In this document: positions 42,507 to 55,040 of the stretch, in pieces
How the letters are laid out: the number at the start of each line of letters is the position of its first letter
How positions within the stretch are numbered: the stretch's first letter is position 1
Assembly: GCA_951406725.2 (NCBI GenBank)
Contig: OX597814.1
Coordinates: forward strand, 40,052,001-40,116,000
Source of the DNA: Octopus vulgaris
Lineage: Eukaryota
DNA length: 64,000 nucleotides
Reading direction: 5' to 3'
Notes under the pieces: generated by a model
What the model was told of the DNA's origin: nothing
What the model saw: the letters and a program-made list of their open reading frames with translations, nothing else
Database searches by the model: none
Program-made: the position numbers and the translations under genes

Positions 42507-42881
42507 TCTCTCTTTTACTCTTTACTCTTTTACTTGTTTCAGTCATTTGACTGCGGCCATGCTGGGGCACCGCCTTTAGTCGAGCAAATCGACCCCGGGA
42601 CTTATTCTTTGTAAGCCCAGTACTTATTCTATCGGTCTCTTTTGCCGAACCGCTAAGTGACGGGGACGTAAACACACCACCATATACAGACAAACACAGA
42701 CACACACATATATATACATATATACGACAGGCTTCTTTCAGTTTCCGTCTACCAAATCCACTCACAAGGCATTGGTCGGCCCGGGGCTATAGCAGAAGAC
42801 ACTTGCCCAAGATGCCACGCAGTGGGACTGAACCCGGAACCATGTGGTTGGTTAGCAAGCTACTTACCACACAGCCACTCC
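42506..42881 (-). mobile_element. tRNA-derived SINE family A (best-preserved copy)
   Basis: Minus head ggagtggctgtgtggtaag..ccgggttcagtccc (A/B boxes), CORE-like cttgggcaagtgtctt, LINE-like tail and (GTAAAAGA)n end; inserted in (TA)n. Confidence 0.92.
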
Positions 42882-43104
42882 ATATATATATGAATATAAA
42901 CAAAGGGTAATAATATGGATTACTACCAGTGGCCCAGCACAGAAGACGAATTAGTCATTAGATAAAATATTATTCATACAGAAAAATAGTATTCATATAG
43001 AAATATTATTAAGGGCTCCTAAATAAGGATGCCAAGTGCTAGGGGCACAAAAAAAGGATAGATTTATCGAGAGTGAAAATCAAAACACTTACCATTAACG
43101 ATAC

Positions 43105-43184
43105 ATCTCGGACTGATCAGTTTCTACCTCTTTCTAGCAAAACAAACAGAATATGTATGCTAAGGGTGGTTTCATCAGCAAGAC
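43105..43184 (-). ncRNA. Type I hammerhead ribozyme motif (PLE pseudo-LTR type)
   Basis: GUCUUG-CUGAUGA-[aacc..uagca..ugcua..ggua]-GAAAC-UGAUCA-GUC-CGAGAU. Stem III is the perfect palindrome ACUGAUCAGU and the cleavage triplet is canonical GUC. Confidence 0.8.
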
Positions 43185-43302
43185 ACCTAAGTTAAATCGA
43201 GATGCGCAGCACGTTAGACCATGTGTTGATCTCAACAACTTGCAGATCTTAACTTTTCAAATCTCTGCGCAGTCGCAAAATCACCCGCTGATATAGGGCA
43301 TA

Positions 43303-43613
43303 TATCGTGAGGTTGTGAGCTCGAATCCCGGACCGGGCTGCGTGTTGTGTTCTTGAGCAAGACACTTTATTTCACGTTGCTCCAGTTCACTCAGCTGTAG
43401 AAATGAGTTGCGACGTCACGGGTGCCAAGCTGTATCGGCCCCTTTGCCTTTCCCTTGGACAACATCGGTGACGTGGAGAGGGGAGGTCGGTATGCATGGG
43501 CGACTACTTGTCTTCCATAAAACAACCTTGACCAGACTTGTGCCTCAGAGGGTAACTCTATAGGTGCAAACCCATGGTCACTCATGACCGAAGGGGGTCT
43601 TTACCCTTTATCC
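43303..43613 (+). mobile_element. tRNA-derived CORE-like SINE (family C), 5'-clipped
   Basis: B-box-like gagctcgaatccc, then gtgttcttgagcaagacacttt..ctcagctgtagaaatgag; tttaccc tail before (TA)n. Confidence 0.75.
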
Positions 43614-43633
43614 TATATATATATATATATATA

Positions 43634-44698
43634 TAACTTCCCGCCGTTTATTTTAATTATAGAATTTATTGCGCTTTTAAATTTTGGAATCTATTTTTTT
43701 TTTTAGGATTGTATGGAGCGAGTACCATAGTTGAAAGAACCGCTCGTGATGTGCAGGCCAAGTTCAAAATTGGAAATTTGACCTTAAATTTATACCTCAT
43801 TCTGGCCGTCCAGTTCAGTTCCATGAAGACCGATTAAACCAACTTTTGCACGAAAATTCTTATCAAACGACAAGGGAACTGGCAGAGAAACTGGAATGCT
43901 CCCACACTGCTATAGCGAAGCATCTTCACCCGATGGGAAAGATTAAAAAGTATGGAGCGTGGGTTCCGCATGCTTTAAGTCACAACAACTAAAATCAACA
44001 AGCCATAATCTCTATTTTGCTTGCTCATCACCGCTCAACTCATGGAGAGAAACAATACTTTCTTTAATGAATCGTTACTGGAGACGAAAAATAGTGTCTG
44101 TACATCAATATGAAGCAGCGTAAAGAATGGCTTAGCCCCGGTAAACAAGCAACACCACGCGTGAAAGATGATGTTCAGCCGCGTAAACGATATTGCGCTT
44201 ATAGTGGGACTGGGAAGGGAGTATCCATTACAAATTGCTTGAACGTGACAAAACGGTCAACGCGGAATTCGGTGTTCAACAGATGGAAAGATTCAACACA
44301 GCTATTCAAGAGAAAAGACATAATCGGCAGCATGAAGTTCTTCTGATGCACGACAATGCCTACCATCATATCACCAATATGACCAAGGAAGCCATTCAAA
44401 CGCATGGATGAGAAATGCTGCCACATCCGCTGTATTCTCCTAATTTAGCACAAACGGATTTCCACCTCATTCGATCTCTTTCAAATTTTATGCACGAAGT
44501 TTCGCTCAATACTGATGCAGAATTAAGACCTTAGGTGGATCAATTTTACGAATCGAAATCGGATGATTTCTACCAACGAGGTATTGAAAATCTTCTTGAA
44601 CGTTGGGAAGATGTAAACATCAAGGATGAATACATTATTGATTAATTAGTTGTTAGTTTTTATTAAACCGTTTAAAATTTTTAATTGCCAACCCAATA
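43634..44698 (+). mobile_element. Decayed mariner transposon, second family
   Basis: HSGRP..TTRELAEKL..WVPHAL..IVTGDEK..HDNA..HPLYSPNLAQTDFHL..FYQRGIENLLERW..EYIID*. Right TIR ttgccaacccaa|TA. Confidence 0.95.
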
Positions 44699-44747
44699 TA
44701 TATATATATATATATCTGTGTGTATGTGTGTGTGTTTGTGCGCGCGC

Positions 44748-44781
<34 letters not shown>

Positions 44782-44855
44782 ATAATAAAGTAACGTTGGG
44801 TGTTACCGCACGACTAAAAATATAAGGAAAAGGATCTGAAAAGGCAGGATTCTAA

Positions 44856-45258
44856 TTTCTTTATTGCCCACAAGGGGCTAAACACAGAGAGGACAAACAA
44901 GGACAGACAAACGGATTAAGTTGATTATATCGACCCCAGTGCGTAACTGGCACTTATTTAATCGACCCCAAAATGCTGAAAGGCAAAGTCGACCTCGAGC
45001 GGAATTTGAACTCAGAACGTAACGGCAGACGAAATGCCTATTTCTTTACTGCCCACAGGGGGTTAAACACAGAGAGGACAAACAAGGACAGTCAAATGAA
45101 TTTAGTCTATTATATCGACTCTAGTGAGTAACTGGTACTTATTTAATCGACTCCGAAAGGATGAAAGGCAAAGTCGACCTCAGCGTAATTTGAACTCAGA
45201 ACGTAACGGCAGACGAAATACCGCTTAGCATTTCGATCGGCGTGCTAACGTTTCTCCC
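44856..45258 (-). mobile_element. Two tandem SINE family B copies
   Basis: About 185-bp unit repeated (starts ~44856 and ~45041); same sequence as 16561-16770. Confidence 0.9.
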
Positions 45259-46041
45259 AGAACCTCGATTTAAACGATGTTAAAAGGATCCTGAAAATGC
45301 AGGATGCTTTTAAAGTGTTTATTAACTTAACCGGTTTCATTAAAAGCATTTTTAAAATTAAAACATGATATTTCGTTGTCCCTGTGCTGTCAAAAATTAA
45401 TTTTAAAAAATGTATTCAAATCAAGTGATAGAATCTTTGACAATAAGAAAATATTCGAGACTTTGTGTATCCTCCGTGAGGAATGAAAAAATAGTTTACA
45501 CGAAATCATTCAGATCAGGTAGCAATCTTTTTTTTATAATGGTAAGAAGAAAAGAGTAGTTTTCATGAATATATCTCGATCATGTAGCTGAGTCTTTGAC
45601 AAGATGATAGAGAATTTATATCCTTTGTGATGAATGCAGAAATACTTTCCATATAAACATTCAAATAAGCTAAAAAAAAATTATAACTATGAGAATATGA
45701 AAATTATTTTATATGAATATATCCCGATCGAGTAACAGAATTGTTGGCAAGAAGATAAAATGTGTAACTCACTATTTTAAGTTCTCGAATCTGGCTTCTA
45801 AGTGTTTTGCGTCTGGATATAGTTTGGTAACTATATAAAAGCACTGCAATTCTTCTGTATAATATCTTCCTTTTATCCCAAAAGAATAAATGTTAATGAT
45901 ATATCCTTTAAATGTCATTGCCATCCAATATTCATTTTTCGATGTAAAATTAGTGTGGGTGGCTGATGATCAAGTTCACCAGCTCACGCGTGGGAGAAGG
46001 ATCTGGGTATCGGCTGAATCCATAGTTAAGATTGCCCCGCC

Positions 46042-47619
46042 ACCCTCATTTGGCCGGGAGGGTCAGGCTATTATTTATTTGTCTGTTGGCTGTAGTGAAA
46101 TAAGTAGTGTAGTGAACACGTTTAAAAGGTCTGAAGACAGACACTTTCCTCCATGGCCAAGTCTTAATAAACTTTTTCAAGTTACACTTGAAAAGGGACG
46201 TGATGGTGGACAGTGAAGTATTGTCTTATACCAAATTTGTTGAAAGGTGGTTAAATGTTGGAATAATGATCAGTGTGAAAGGACGCGTTTTGAGCATGCA
46301 CCTGTAAAAATAAAACGAAAGGGCTCTTGTCCGGTTCGTAAGACCATCTATGTATTTCATGGATTTTTTCGACGAGTAGATTTAAAGCGCCTCACTGGTT
46401 TATTTCTCTCTTTGTCTCTTCATCTAACTTCATGTAAGATCTTGTGACCAATGAAAGAATTAATTATTATTATTGTTGTGTTCGCGGTTAGTCACGCGTT
46501 TTGGTCTCCAGAAATTGTTTGAATTTTTGTTGCCACAAGCTATAAAACTTTTGAGTTTATTGTTTAAATTTTTTTGTTAGAAGGTAGATGCCCTTTTAGT
46601 GAGATAGTTTTTGTTTGGAAAAAACACTTTTTGGGGTTAAAGCACTCATTTACTTCGAGGAATTTCTTGTAAAATTCACAAATAGAAAACAATAGCGACT
46701 GAGCGAGGGAGTGATGATGAGATTTTGAACAGCCAGTTCAATGAAGACTTCCCTGCCTTCACTGCTACTAATGTTCTTGCACAGGAGAAGGAGGAAGAGA
46801 GAAAAGAACAAAGGAAGGAGGAGGGAAACAAAGACACTGACACTGCCACTACCACCACAAACACGAACAACAACACCAACCTCACAATTGCTCATAGCCC
46901 TATGCGGGTCGGTTTATGCGGTCGGTGGTAGTTCCACTGTAGCATTCTATATAGAGTTAGTGGACGAAGACATTTTCGAGGAAGCTCTGGGCGTCGAAGA
47001 GGATAAACCTAAGGTTCTGGTCCGGAGAATATTCGATCCGGAGTTTATATATTTTCAGAAATTCCTGGCCTGGTAATGTTACTGAGGTGTGCTGTCTGTT
47101 CGGGATAAACTTTAAAGGCACGGAAGTGCCGTCAGCCGAGTCTGCCCAAGGTTAACACAGGGGGACGAAACCGTTCTGTACGCTCTAGTCCAATGTCCGG
47201 GCATTGCTGACCTGTGGACTTATGTCGAACACCTGCTGCTGTCGCGTCTGGGACGCATCCTGCTGTCAGCTGGATCCATAGATGCTACCCTCATTTGGCC
47301 GGAGCACAAGCAACTTTTATTTGTCTTATGGCAGTAGTGAAAGAGAGGTAGTGTGGTGGATAGGTTTGAAAAAGGCTAATGACAGACACTTTTATCCTTT
47401 GCCAAGCCCTAATAAACTTTTTCCAGTTTCACTTGAGAAGGAAGGTGTGGATGGAGAGGGTAGTATTGTCTCCTAGCAAGTTTGGTTAAAGGTAGGTGAA
47501 AGTTGAGAAAATGGTCAGTGAACATGCACCTGTAAAAATAGAAGGAAATGGCCCTTTCCGGCTAGTCAGACTAGATGTGGCTTTTGTGTGTTTTTCTACG
47601 AGTAGGGTTAAAGCGCCTC
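46042..47619. repeat. Diverged direct repeat (46042-46393 and 47287-47619)
   Basis: Shared anchors accctcatttggccgg, gacagacacttt, aataaacttttt, catgcacctgtaaaaata and aaagcgcctc in the same order. Confidence 0.8.
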
Positions 47620-48239
47620 CCCTCTTTTGGGAGTTTTACTTGTTCAAATATTTCCGTTATTCATTTTTTTACACGATTTAAAACTCGTTGTATCGTCCTA
47701 TTTTTTCATTTAATTTTTTCTATGTAATCCTTCATGGTTAGTACAGAAATAATAGTTATACTTTGTGTCTAGATCTTTCGACTGCGTCTTCAGTCATAAA
47801 TCTCGTCTTGTTTGAAGCCGTGCTTAAGGGAATTGATCCCTATTCTTGGTAACAAATACCCTTCAGTACTTACTAGATTTTCAGGTGTAACTATATTTAA
47901 TTAAATCTATATAATTCCCTAATTACGATAAATCTTTTTACGATTTACCACAAGTTACACTTTGGTCGCAATACTAACATATCCTTTCACCTAATACCAC
48001 CCTTTCTACTAATTATCACTTCTCAACATTAATTTTGCACATCGCATTTACGCAGCACCTCCTTTAAGTCAATCCATTGAATTATTCCCATATCTTCTCC
48101 TACTTCCTCCTCAACAAAATAACCTAGAACTAACTACTATTGCTTTCCCTAGTAACCTAGCCATTCCTCTTTGTTTCTCTATCACGCTGGTGTCTCCCTG
48201 AGGAAATTTCTGCTGCGAAATAACAGACGACATTTTGTT

Positions 48240-48570
48240 GTTCATATTATCCAGTTGCCCCATCAACGACATCAAGACTACCCGAAAGACTATGTGGTGT
48301 ACGAAGTAGTTTGCAGCATATGCATATATGGGACATTCTACATACGGAGCACCACCAAGAATTTGCGTAACCGTAGAAATGAATATATGCACTTGGACAC
48401 TTCAATGAAGAAACATATAAAGGAGTACCAAATCCAGAAATTTAAAGTATCCCTCAGAATCACCCAACGGAACAGTGTCAATATCGGAATAATGAAGGCT
48501 TTATTTATAAACAAATTTAGAACTGTGTGTTACAATTGTTGTTTAAGTGAGATTATAGGGCATTTGTAGG
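48240..48570 (+). mobile_element. Penelope-like element GIY-YIG fragment
   Basis: KDYVVYEVVCSIC..FYIRSTTKNLRNRRNEY..SMKKHIKE..IMKALFINK. Confidence 0.75.
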
Positions 48571-48877
48571 CTGTATGCACCCATCTCAAGTCTCTACCTC
48601 ATCTATTCTGTCGATATCTCTATTTCCACTTGCGATCTGTGTCGTTCAAGATTTAACATAAATGAAGTGAATTTCCTCAAGAGACCAGTCAGATATCCCA
48701 AGAGTTTCAAACCTTCTTTGTATTAGACAGGTGATATATTGAGAGCATTGATGCACAATTTTGGAGTCCAAGATGTTTTATATTTACTGTTCAATAATGA
48801 AATGTGGACTTTTCGTTTGTCAAAATTTCGTTCTTTTGTTGCCTGAAAATGTTATTAATTCTAGGTGTCTTTTGGTA

Positions 48878-50657
48878 TCTATATATATAAAACTGAGAAT
48901 GTGTGTGTGTCTTTCTGTCTGTGTGTTTCCCTAAAACTTGAGAACTACACAACCAATTTCATTCAAATTTTAGAAATGCATTAAATAGGGTCCGAGGAGT
49001 GTCATCAGCAAAAAATTAACTTTTGGCCTAGGGCGAGACCACAGTAATATCATATCTTCTCCACTAAGATTCCCTAAAACTTGAGAACTACACAGCCAAT
49101 TTCATTCAAATTTTACACATGCCTTGCTTAGGCTCCATGTAGTTTCATGGGCAAAAATAACTTCTTGCCAAGGGCGAGCCCATAGTAATATCATATCTTC
49201 TCCGTCATTTCAGTATTATGTGTTAAAAGTGAATCAAAAATATTTCTCCATTTTATGTCAGATGCTTTCACATTAACAATAAAAATAATAATAATAATTG
49301 AATTATATGTAGTAAGTACTAATTATAATCAAACTAAAATATAATATAATCGTAACATAACAAAAGTAAAAATAGTAATTGGTATAAAATTGCATCAAGC
49401 CTTGAACTTTAATAAGTGGTTTCACATGAAAGGGAATAAATTAAAAATAAAATTAGCGTGCAGAAATGGAATACTCCAGATGGAGGTGTGCACATACCTT
49501 TACTACGGCTTTTACATTAGCTTATCTGCTAATTAGCTAGCATTAAGTATCTATATGAAGTTTGGCTGTATGTAATGTCTATTGAGTACTGCTGTTGGAT
49601 TATTTCTTATACATAAAGGACTATAGCTTCAACTGCGTACTGCTTTTTGATTCATCGTAAGGTTTGTTGTTATTATTATTACTGTTAACTATTGTTATCA
49701 CGTTTGTTGGTTCCTCGTAAGGGAAACGTTGTTGTGTTGCATTTGTTAAATAATTGTAAACTGTAACCCTCCCCCTTTGGGAGAAGGAGCTTTGGATATT
49801 GTTTAAAATTGGAATTGTTTGGAGAAATTGACATCATTTTCATCGTTTACACGGAAGTATTTTTGTTAGAATGCCTTCGATAGAAAAACGTCCCAAAATG
49901 AATTTCGCTGCAGCCGTCGGCGGGCGCGAACTCATTAACATTAAAATGGAAAAAATACAAACCTATTTCGGATTGATCACCAACAAAGACGGTGAATCTA
50001 GGATAACACCACCAAACGAAATAAAAAAATAATTTAAAGAAAAAGACTATTGACTATAAGGTATACAATGTAGAGAAAAAAAATTGAACACCTGGAGCAA
50101 AGCACCATCGAAAGTGTCTTGGTGCGAATATGAAAGCTATCTAACCAGAGGCGGTAAATTCGCCACAATAGAAGCAAGTTCGAGTCAACGGAGCGTGCAA
50201 TGGAGTACTCGACTCGAACCTTGCAATGTGGAAATATTTAATTTTTACCTTTATATCTGGGACGTAGGACGTCCCGGATAAAAATTTAAAATGTCCCTCC
50301 AGAAGTAGTGGTAGGCTGGATTGTAGCCATACTGCTATACAAGAGGAAGGATAAGATACAATTAATCGAAATTGCAGGAGACGGGCCTACAATTCCAGTC
50401 GGTTATATATTTTGAATATTGTTATCACTAGCGATATCACGATATCACCTTGTATCTTGTATTTTATGTGTAGATGTATATATATATAGATGTACATATA
50501 ATATGTATATATATAGATGTACATGTAATATGTATATATATAGATGTACATGTAATATGTATATATATAGATGTACATGTAGTATGTATACATATATATA
50601 TGCACATATATACATGCACTAGCACTATGACTCGGCAACGACGGGTCATAATGCTAG
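48878..50657 (+). mobile_element. Non-autonomous Helitron, copy 1
   Basis: A|TCTATATATATAAAA start; subterminal hairpin tatgactcg-gcaacga-cgggtcata; CTAG|T end; no TSD. About 143-bp tandem duplication near the 5' end (48927/49070). Homologous to 57731-59240. Confidence 0.9.
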
Positions 50658-50664
50658 TTACTCT

Positions 50665-51070
50665 ATATTCTTTAACTTGTTTCAGTCGTTGGCTTGCCGT
50701 CATGCTGGAGAACCACCATTAGACGAGCAAATCGACTCCAGGTCTTATTCTTTAGAAGCCTAGTACTTATTCTATCAATATATTATGCCGAACCGCTAAG
50801 GTACGGGGACGTAAATACGACAATGTCGGTTGTCAAGCGATGTTGGTGGGGGGGTCAAACAAAGACACACAAACACTCACACACATACATATATATATAT
50901 GTATATATACGACGGGATTTTTTTCAGTTTCCGTCTAAAAAATCAACTCAGAAGGCTTTGGTCGGCCCGTGGCTATAGTAGAATACACTTCCCGAAGGTG
51001 CCACACAGTGGGGCTGAACCCGGAACCATGTGGTTGGTAAGCAAGTTACTTATCACACATCAACTCCTAT
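50665..51070 (-). mobile_element. tRNA-derived SINE family A
   Basis: Full-length similarity to 42506-42881. Confidence 0.85.
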
Positions 51071-51074
51071 AAAT

Positions 51075-51830
51075 TGTTAACATTTTTAACCTAAATGCTG
51101 GAATGAGCACTGGTACTGCCAAAGCATTGTGAAATATTATTTTGTTGTAAGTGGCAAGTTCCGATTGACATATATTTCTAACACTATCCTGCACATATTG
51201 GGTCACAATATCTTCGTATGATATATTTTCGTCAATTCATTGCTACTTCTAATATTCTTTGTGTTGGCCAGGTGATATAATGAGACCATTGTTGCTCAGA
51301 TTTTGTGCCCTAGGGGTTCGATTCTTCATGTGCCACAATCAAATGTGAATTGTTTTGCTAAATTCCATTTCTACGTTGGCTGAAAAGGTTATTAAATCTT
51401 TTTGGTATAGCTAACATTTTAAACATAAATCTTGAGGTTTTCCCCAAAGTAATTAGGGTTTTGTTACGCAACTCTTTGATTTTTGCAGCATGAATTATAA
51501 TGGATAAAATGTCCAAATTACAGAAATAATATCGCTTTGGAATATCCCCGTTGAAATACTGAGAGACGATGGTTCTACTCTGTTTTGTGTGTAAAAATTT
51601 TTGTGCAGGTCAATGTGAGTCCATCAGTGGGGAATAGAGTGCAATGAACTTCTATAATCAAACCATCTTTCACAAGGCAGTGGGGCGTTTATTTAATATT
51701 CAAGTATTACAGTATTTTTTAATCAAAATTTCTTCGATGTATCCCAGCAATCCTTTCGTTTCGCCTGTCTCCTCATAAGCCAATATGTCATTTGATTTGC
51801 AATGGCCCTAGAAAAAATGACTGCGGAGAA
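51075..51830 (-). mobile_element. R4/Dong-clade LINE RT fragment (very decayed)
   Basis: ENLKIY..ITFSANVEMEF..IDENISY..SVRNICQSELATYNKIIFHNALAVPVLIP resembles the R4/Dong post-YxDD region. Confidence 0.65.
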
Positions 51831-51844
51831 GGAATTGTATATAT

Positions 51845-52008
51845 GCATGTATGTATGTATGTATGTATGTATGTATGTATGTATGTATGTATGTATGTAT
51901 GTATGTGTGTATGTATGTATGTGTGCATGTATGTATTATGTATTATGTATGTATGTATTATGTATGTATGTATTATGTATGTATGTATGTATGTATGTAT
52001 GTATGTAT
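51845..52008. repeat. (TGTA)n microsatellite
   Basis: Direct reading. Continues after the RTE insertion at 54235. Confidence 0.97.
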
Positions 52009-54234
52009 GAGGACGAAGTACTGCGTTTGTTGCGAAGGAGCTTCGACACTATGATCTTCACATCGTTGCTTTATCTGAGACGAGATTAGCCGGAGATGGA
52101 CAACTTACAGAATCTTGTGGAAAATATACATTCTTTTGGAAAGAGAGGAATGAAAAGTTTAGAGGAAAGGCTGCGTTAAGCATTTGCTGTTAAGACTGCT
52201 CTTGTAGACAAATTGGAAAAATTCCCAGTCGGGATTAACGAGCGTCTTATGTCTATGAGAATTCCTTTAGTAAAAGGAAATTATGTGACCTTGGTTAGTT
52301 TGTATGTTCTAACTATGTGCTATACTGATGACGAAAAAGTTTTTTTCTACCATGCTTTGAAGGGCATAATAAGACATATCACTCGGGCAGACAAAGTCAT
52401 CGTACTGGGTAACTTTAATGCTAGAGTGGGTAGGGATTTTAACACATGGATTGTAATTGCAAAGCATGGGGTGAGAAAGTGTAATAGTAATGGCATACCT
52501 CTGCTGCAGATGTGTGAGGAGCTGCGTCTGTGTGTTACCAATACCATGTTTCGACAAAAGATTAAGTTTCAGACCACATGGATGCACCCTGCATCTAATG
52601 ATTGTCATATTCTGGATTGCATCCTTGTCAGGGTGCGTGTGTTTGTGTTCTGTGTGGGGCTGTGTGTTGGACTGGCCAACGCCTAATACGTGCAAAATTG
52701 AAATTAGTGGAAATTAGTGGAACAGGATTTAGATTAAAATCAGGTTTCTATCGATCTGACAAAACCCTTTCATACCGTTAATAGAAATGCACTGTGGAAA
52801 GTTCTCCAGAAACTTGGGTGTCCTGAAAAGTTCCTTGCTTCGGTTAGGTCTTTTCATGAAGACATGAAGGGTAGAGTTAATTTTAGAAGGAAAATGTCGG
52901 AGCCTATTTCAATACAAAATGCGATAGTTTTCTGTATTGCATTCAGAAACTGCAGATATAGTGTTTACTTTCCATTATGGAACCTCTGGCAGCATATTTA
53001 ATATCAGGCGCTTTACTGCCAAAACAAATATATTTACCTCTATCATAAGATACTTTTGTGTGCAGATGATTGTGATTTAGTAACGCTGGCAGAGATTCAT
53101 ATGCAACACATTTTGAATGTTTTCTCTGATGCTTACACTGCCTTAGGATTGACAGTCAGTCTCAAGAAAACTGCTGCCTTGTACAAACCTGTCCTGGTAA
53201 GCAGTATAGTGAACCAAATATCTATGTGTATGATAAACGACTTCATGTAGTTGATCGGTTTGTCTACCTGGGAAGCACTGTTAATAGATATAGCAATTTG
53301 TATAATGGAATTCTATACAGAATTAGGAAAGCAAGTGATGATTTCGGAAGGCTAGAAAGGCGCCTCTGGAGCCGGCGAGAAAAAGATAAAGGTGTACAAG
53401 GCATGTGAGCTCTCTTCTCTTCTTTATGCCTGCAAGACGTGGGTCACGTATCGATACCTCTTTAAAAAACTGGAAAGATTCCATCAGATGTGTCTCAGAC
53501 AGATCTATGGGATTAAGTGGGAGCAACACATCAGTGATCTTGAAATACCAGAAAGCTCTCCGTGTGAAAGTATAGAAGCTCTTGCCTTAAAGCCAAGGCT
53601 CAGATGGAGTGGTCAGAAGTTAGCTAAAGGAGTACGACCTCCACAAAAAAGAGGTATAAGAACTTGCTGAAGGCTTCCTTAAGAGATGCTTGCATCTCTG
53701 CTGACCCATGGGAGGGCATAGCCATTGACCGTAGCAGGTGGTGTTGTTTGTGCACGTGGGGACAGCTACTTTTGAGAAATCTCGAGTTGTGCATGAGAAA
53801 GTAGGGAGGGATGCCAGGAACGGTATCGCTGTTGCACTTCCAGATCGTAAGGATCTTCCTATGATGCTGACATGCAGTGTCTGTGCAAGACCCTGCCACA
53901 GTAAGGCTGGACTCAAGAATCATATTCGTAGTCATAAAGCGAGACAGATGATTGACAACCAGGACACTAGTGGTAGTGCTACACACCATACTAATCATAT
54001 CTCTCAGGTATGTAGAAGGGAGTGTAATTCGGCGGGATGGCTTAAACGATACGCAAAGGTACATGTAGCCCAGTTACAACTACATCACCCTACTGCCGGT
54101 AAAGGTTTTATCTGCCAATTCTATACAAGACATTGTAGATCTTTAGCTTGGCTAAAGAGTCGCATTCGATCACAGCACCGATAATTGTTAAACCTCGTGA
54201 AATATCCATACTCCATAACGAGGGAGCACCCATC
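52009..54234 (+). mobile_element. Internally deleted RTE-clade LINE (APE, RT, three C2H2-like fingers)
   Basis: IVALSETRL..INERLMSMRIPL..VLGNFNARVG..NSNG..TWMHP; TVNRNALWKVLQKLGCPEKF; CADDCDL; FVYLGST..ASDDFGRL; LLYACKTW. Flanked by (TGTA)n on both sides. Confidence 0.95.
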
Positions 54235-54454
54235 ATGTATGTATGTATGTATGCATGTCAGTTATCAGTTTTCTTCCAAGACTTCTTGCTAATAGCAAAA
54301 CAGCTGGTTTCTAACATAGTACCAAGGCTCTTTCATTGGAATTTTAACATCAACAATAGGGTATTTCAGTATGTATGTATGTGTATGTGTATGCATGTAT
54401 GCATGTATGTATGTATGTATATATGCATGTATGTAGTCAATATGTACACACGTA

Positions 54455-55040
54455 GATATTTATATGTGCAGTTTTGTATGTTTTAATTTATCCATGTAGT
54501 TTCATGCTTATAGCTGCACAACAAGACATGCTCGTATACATTTAAATGATAAACTTCTGCAAAGTTTTATAGATTTTTGCAGTTCTATTAATGGCTTGGA
54601 TCTGTTGTCATCGAATTAGCTTTCTCTATTCTGGTTTTAAGAAGCCTAATTTCTCAAAGTTGGTATTTAGGCATATCCCAGAGCCCTAATAATTACAGAT
54701 ATTAACATGGACGTGTCATCTGTATATAGTAATTGCAGATTTCTCAGTATTTCAGGCTATGTATTCTGTTTATCAGGGATCTTCAGCTTCGTGTTAACAT
54801 CAGCTAGGTAGCTAACTTCCGCAACTTACCTACTTTCTCTTCTCTATCACAAATCAGTATATCAGGTCCGTTGTGCTTACACTTTATTGAGGTTTTCACT
54901 GGGACATTCCACCAGTAGTCCTTTGCATTAGAAGTGACTATGACCTCTAACTTACTGTAGTTTCGTATTTCTTTGACCTGTTGGTTATCCTTGGATTTCA
55001 TTATAGTGCCCTAGTTACAACATCATGTGGGTGATATCGG
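54455..55040 (-). mobile_element. R4/Dong-clade LINE 3' fragment
   Basis: YWWNVPVKTSIKCKHNGPDILICDREEK..ADVNTKLKI..LRNLQLLY..VIIRALGY..KTLQKFII*. The 3' UTR matches 17580-17650 and runs into (TACA)n. Confidence 0.85.

Noticed and set aside
45322-45430. GAAACCGGUU palindrome suggestive of a hammerhead 3' half
   Set aside because: The 5' core box cannot be identified.
47765-47800. CUGAAGA..GAAAGAUCUA on the minus strand
   Set aside because: Stem II overlaps the core and stem I does not pair.
50470-50590. CRISPR-like array
   Set aside because: Head-to-tail 27-bp minisatellite with no unique spacers, in eukaryotic context.
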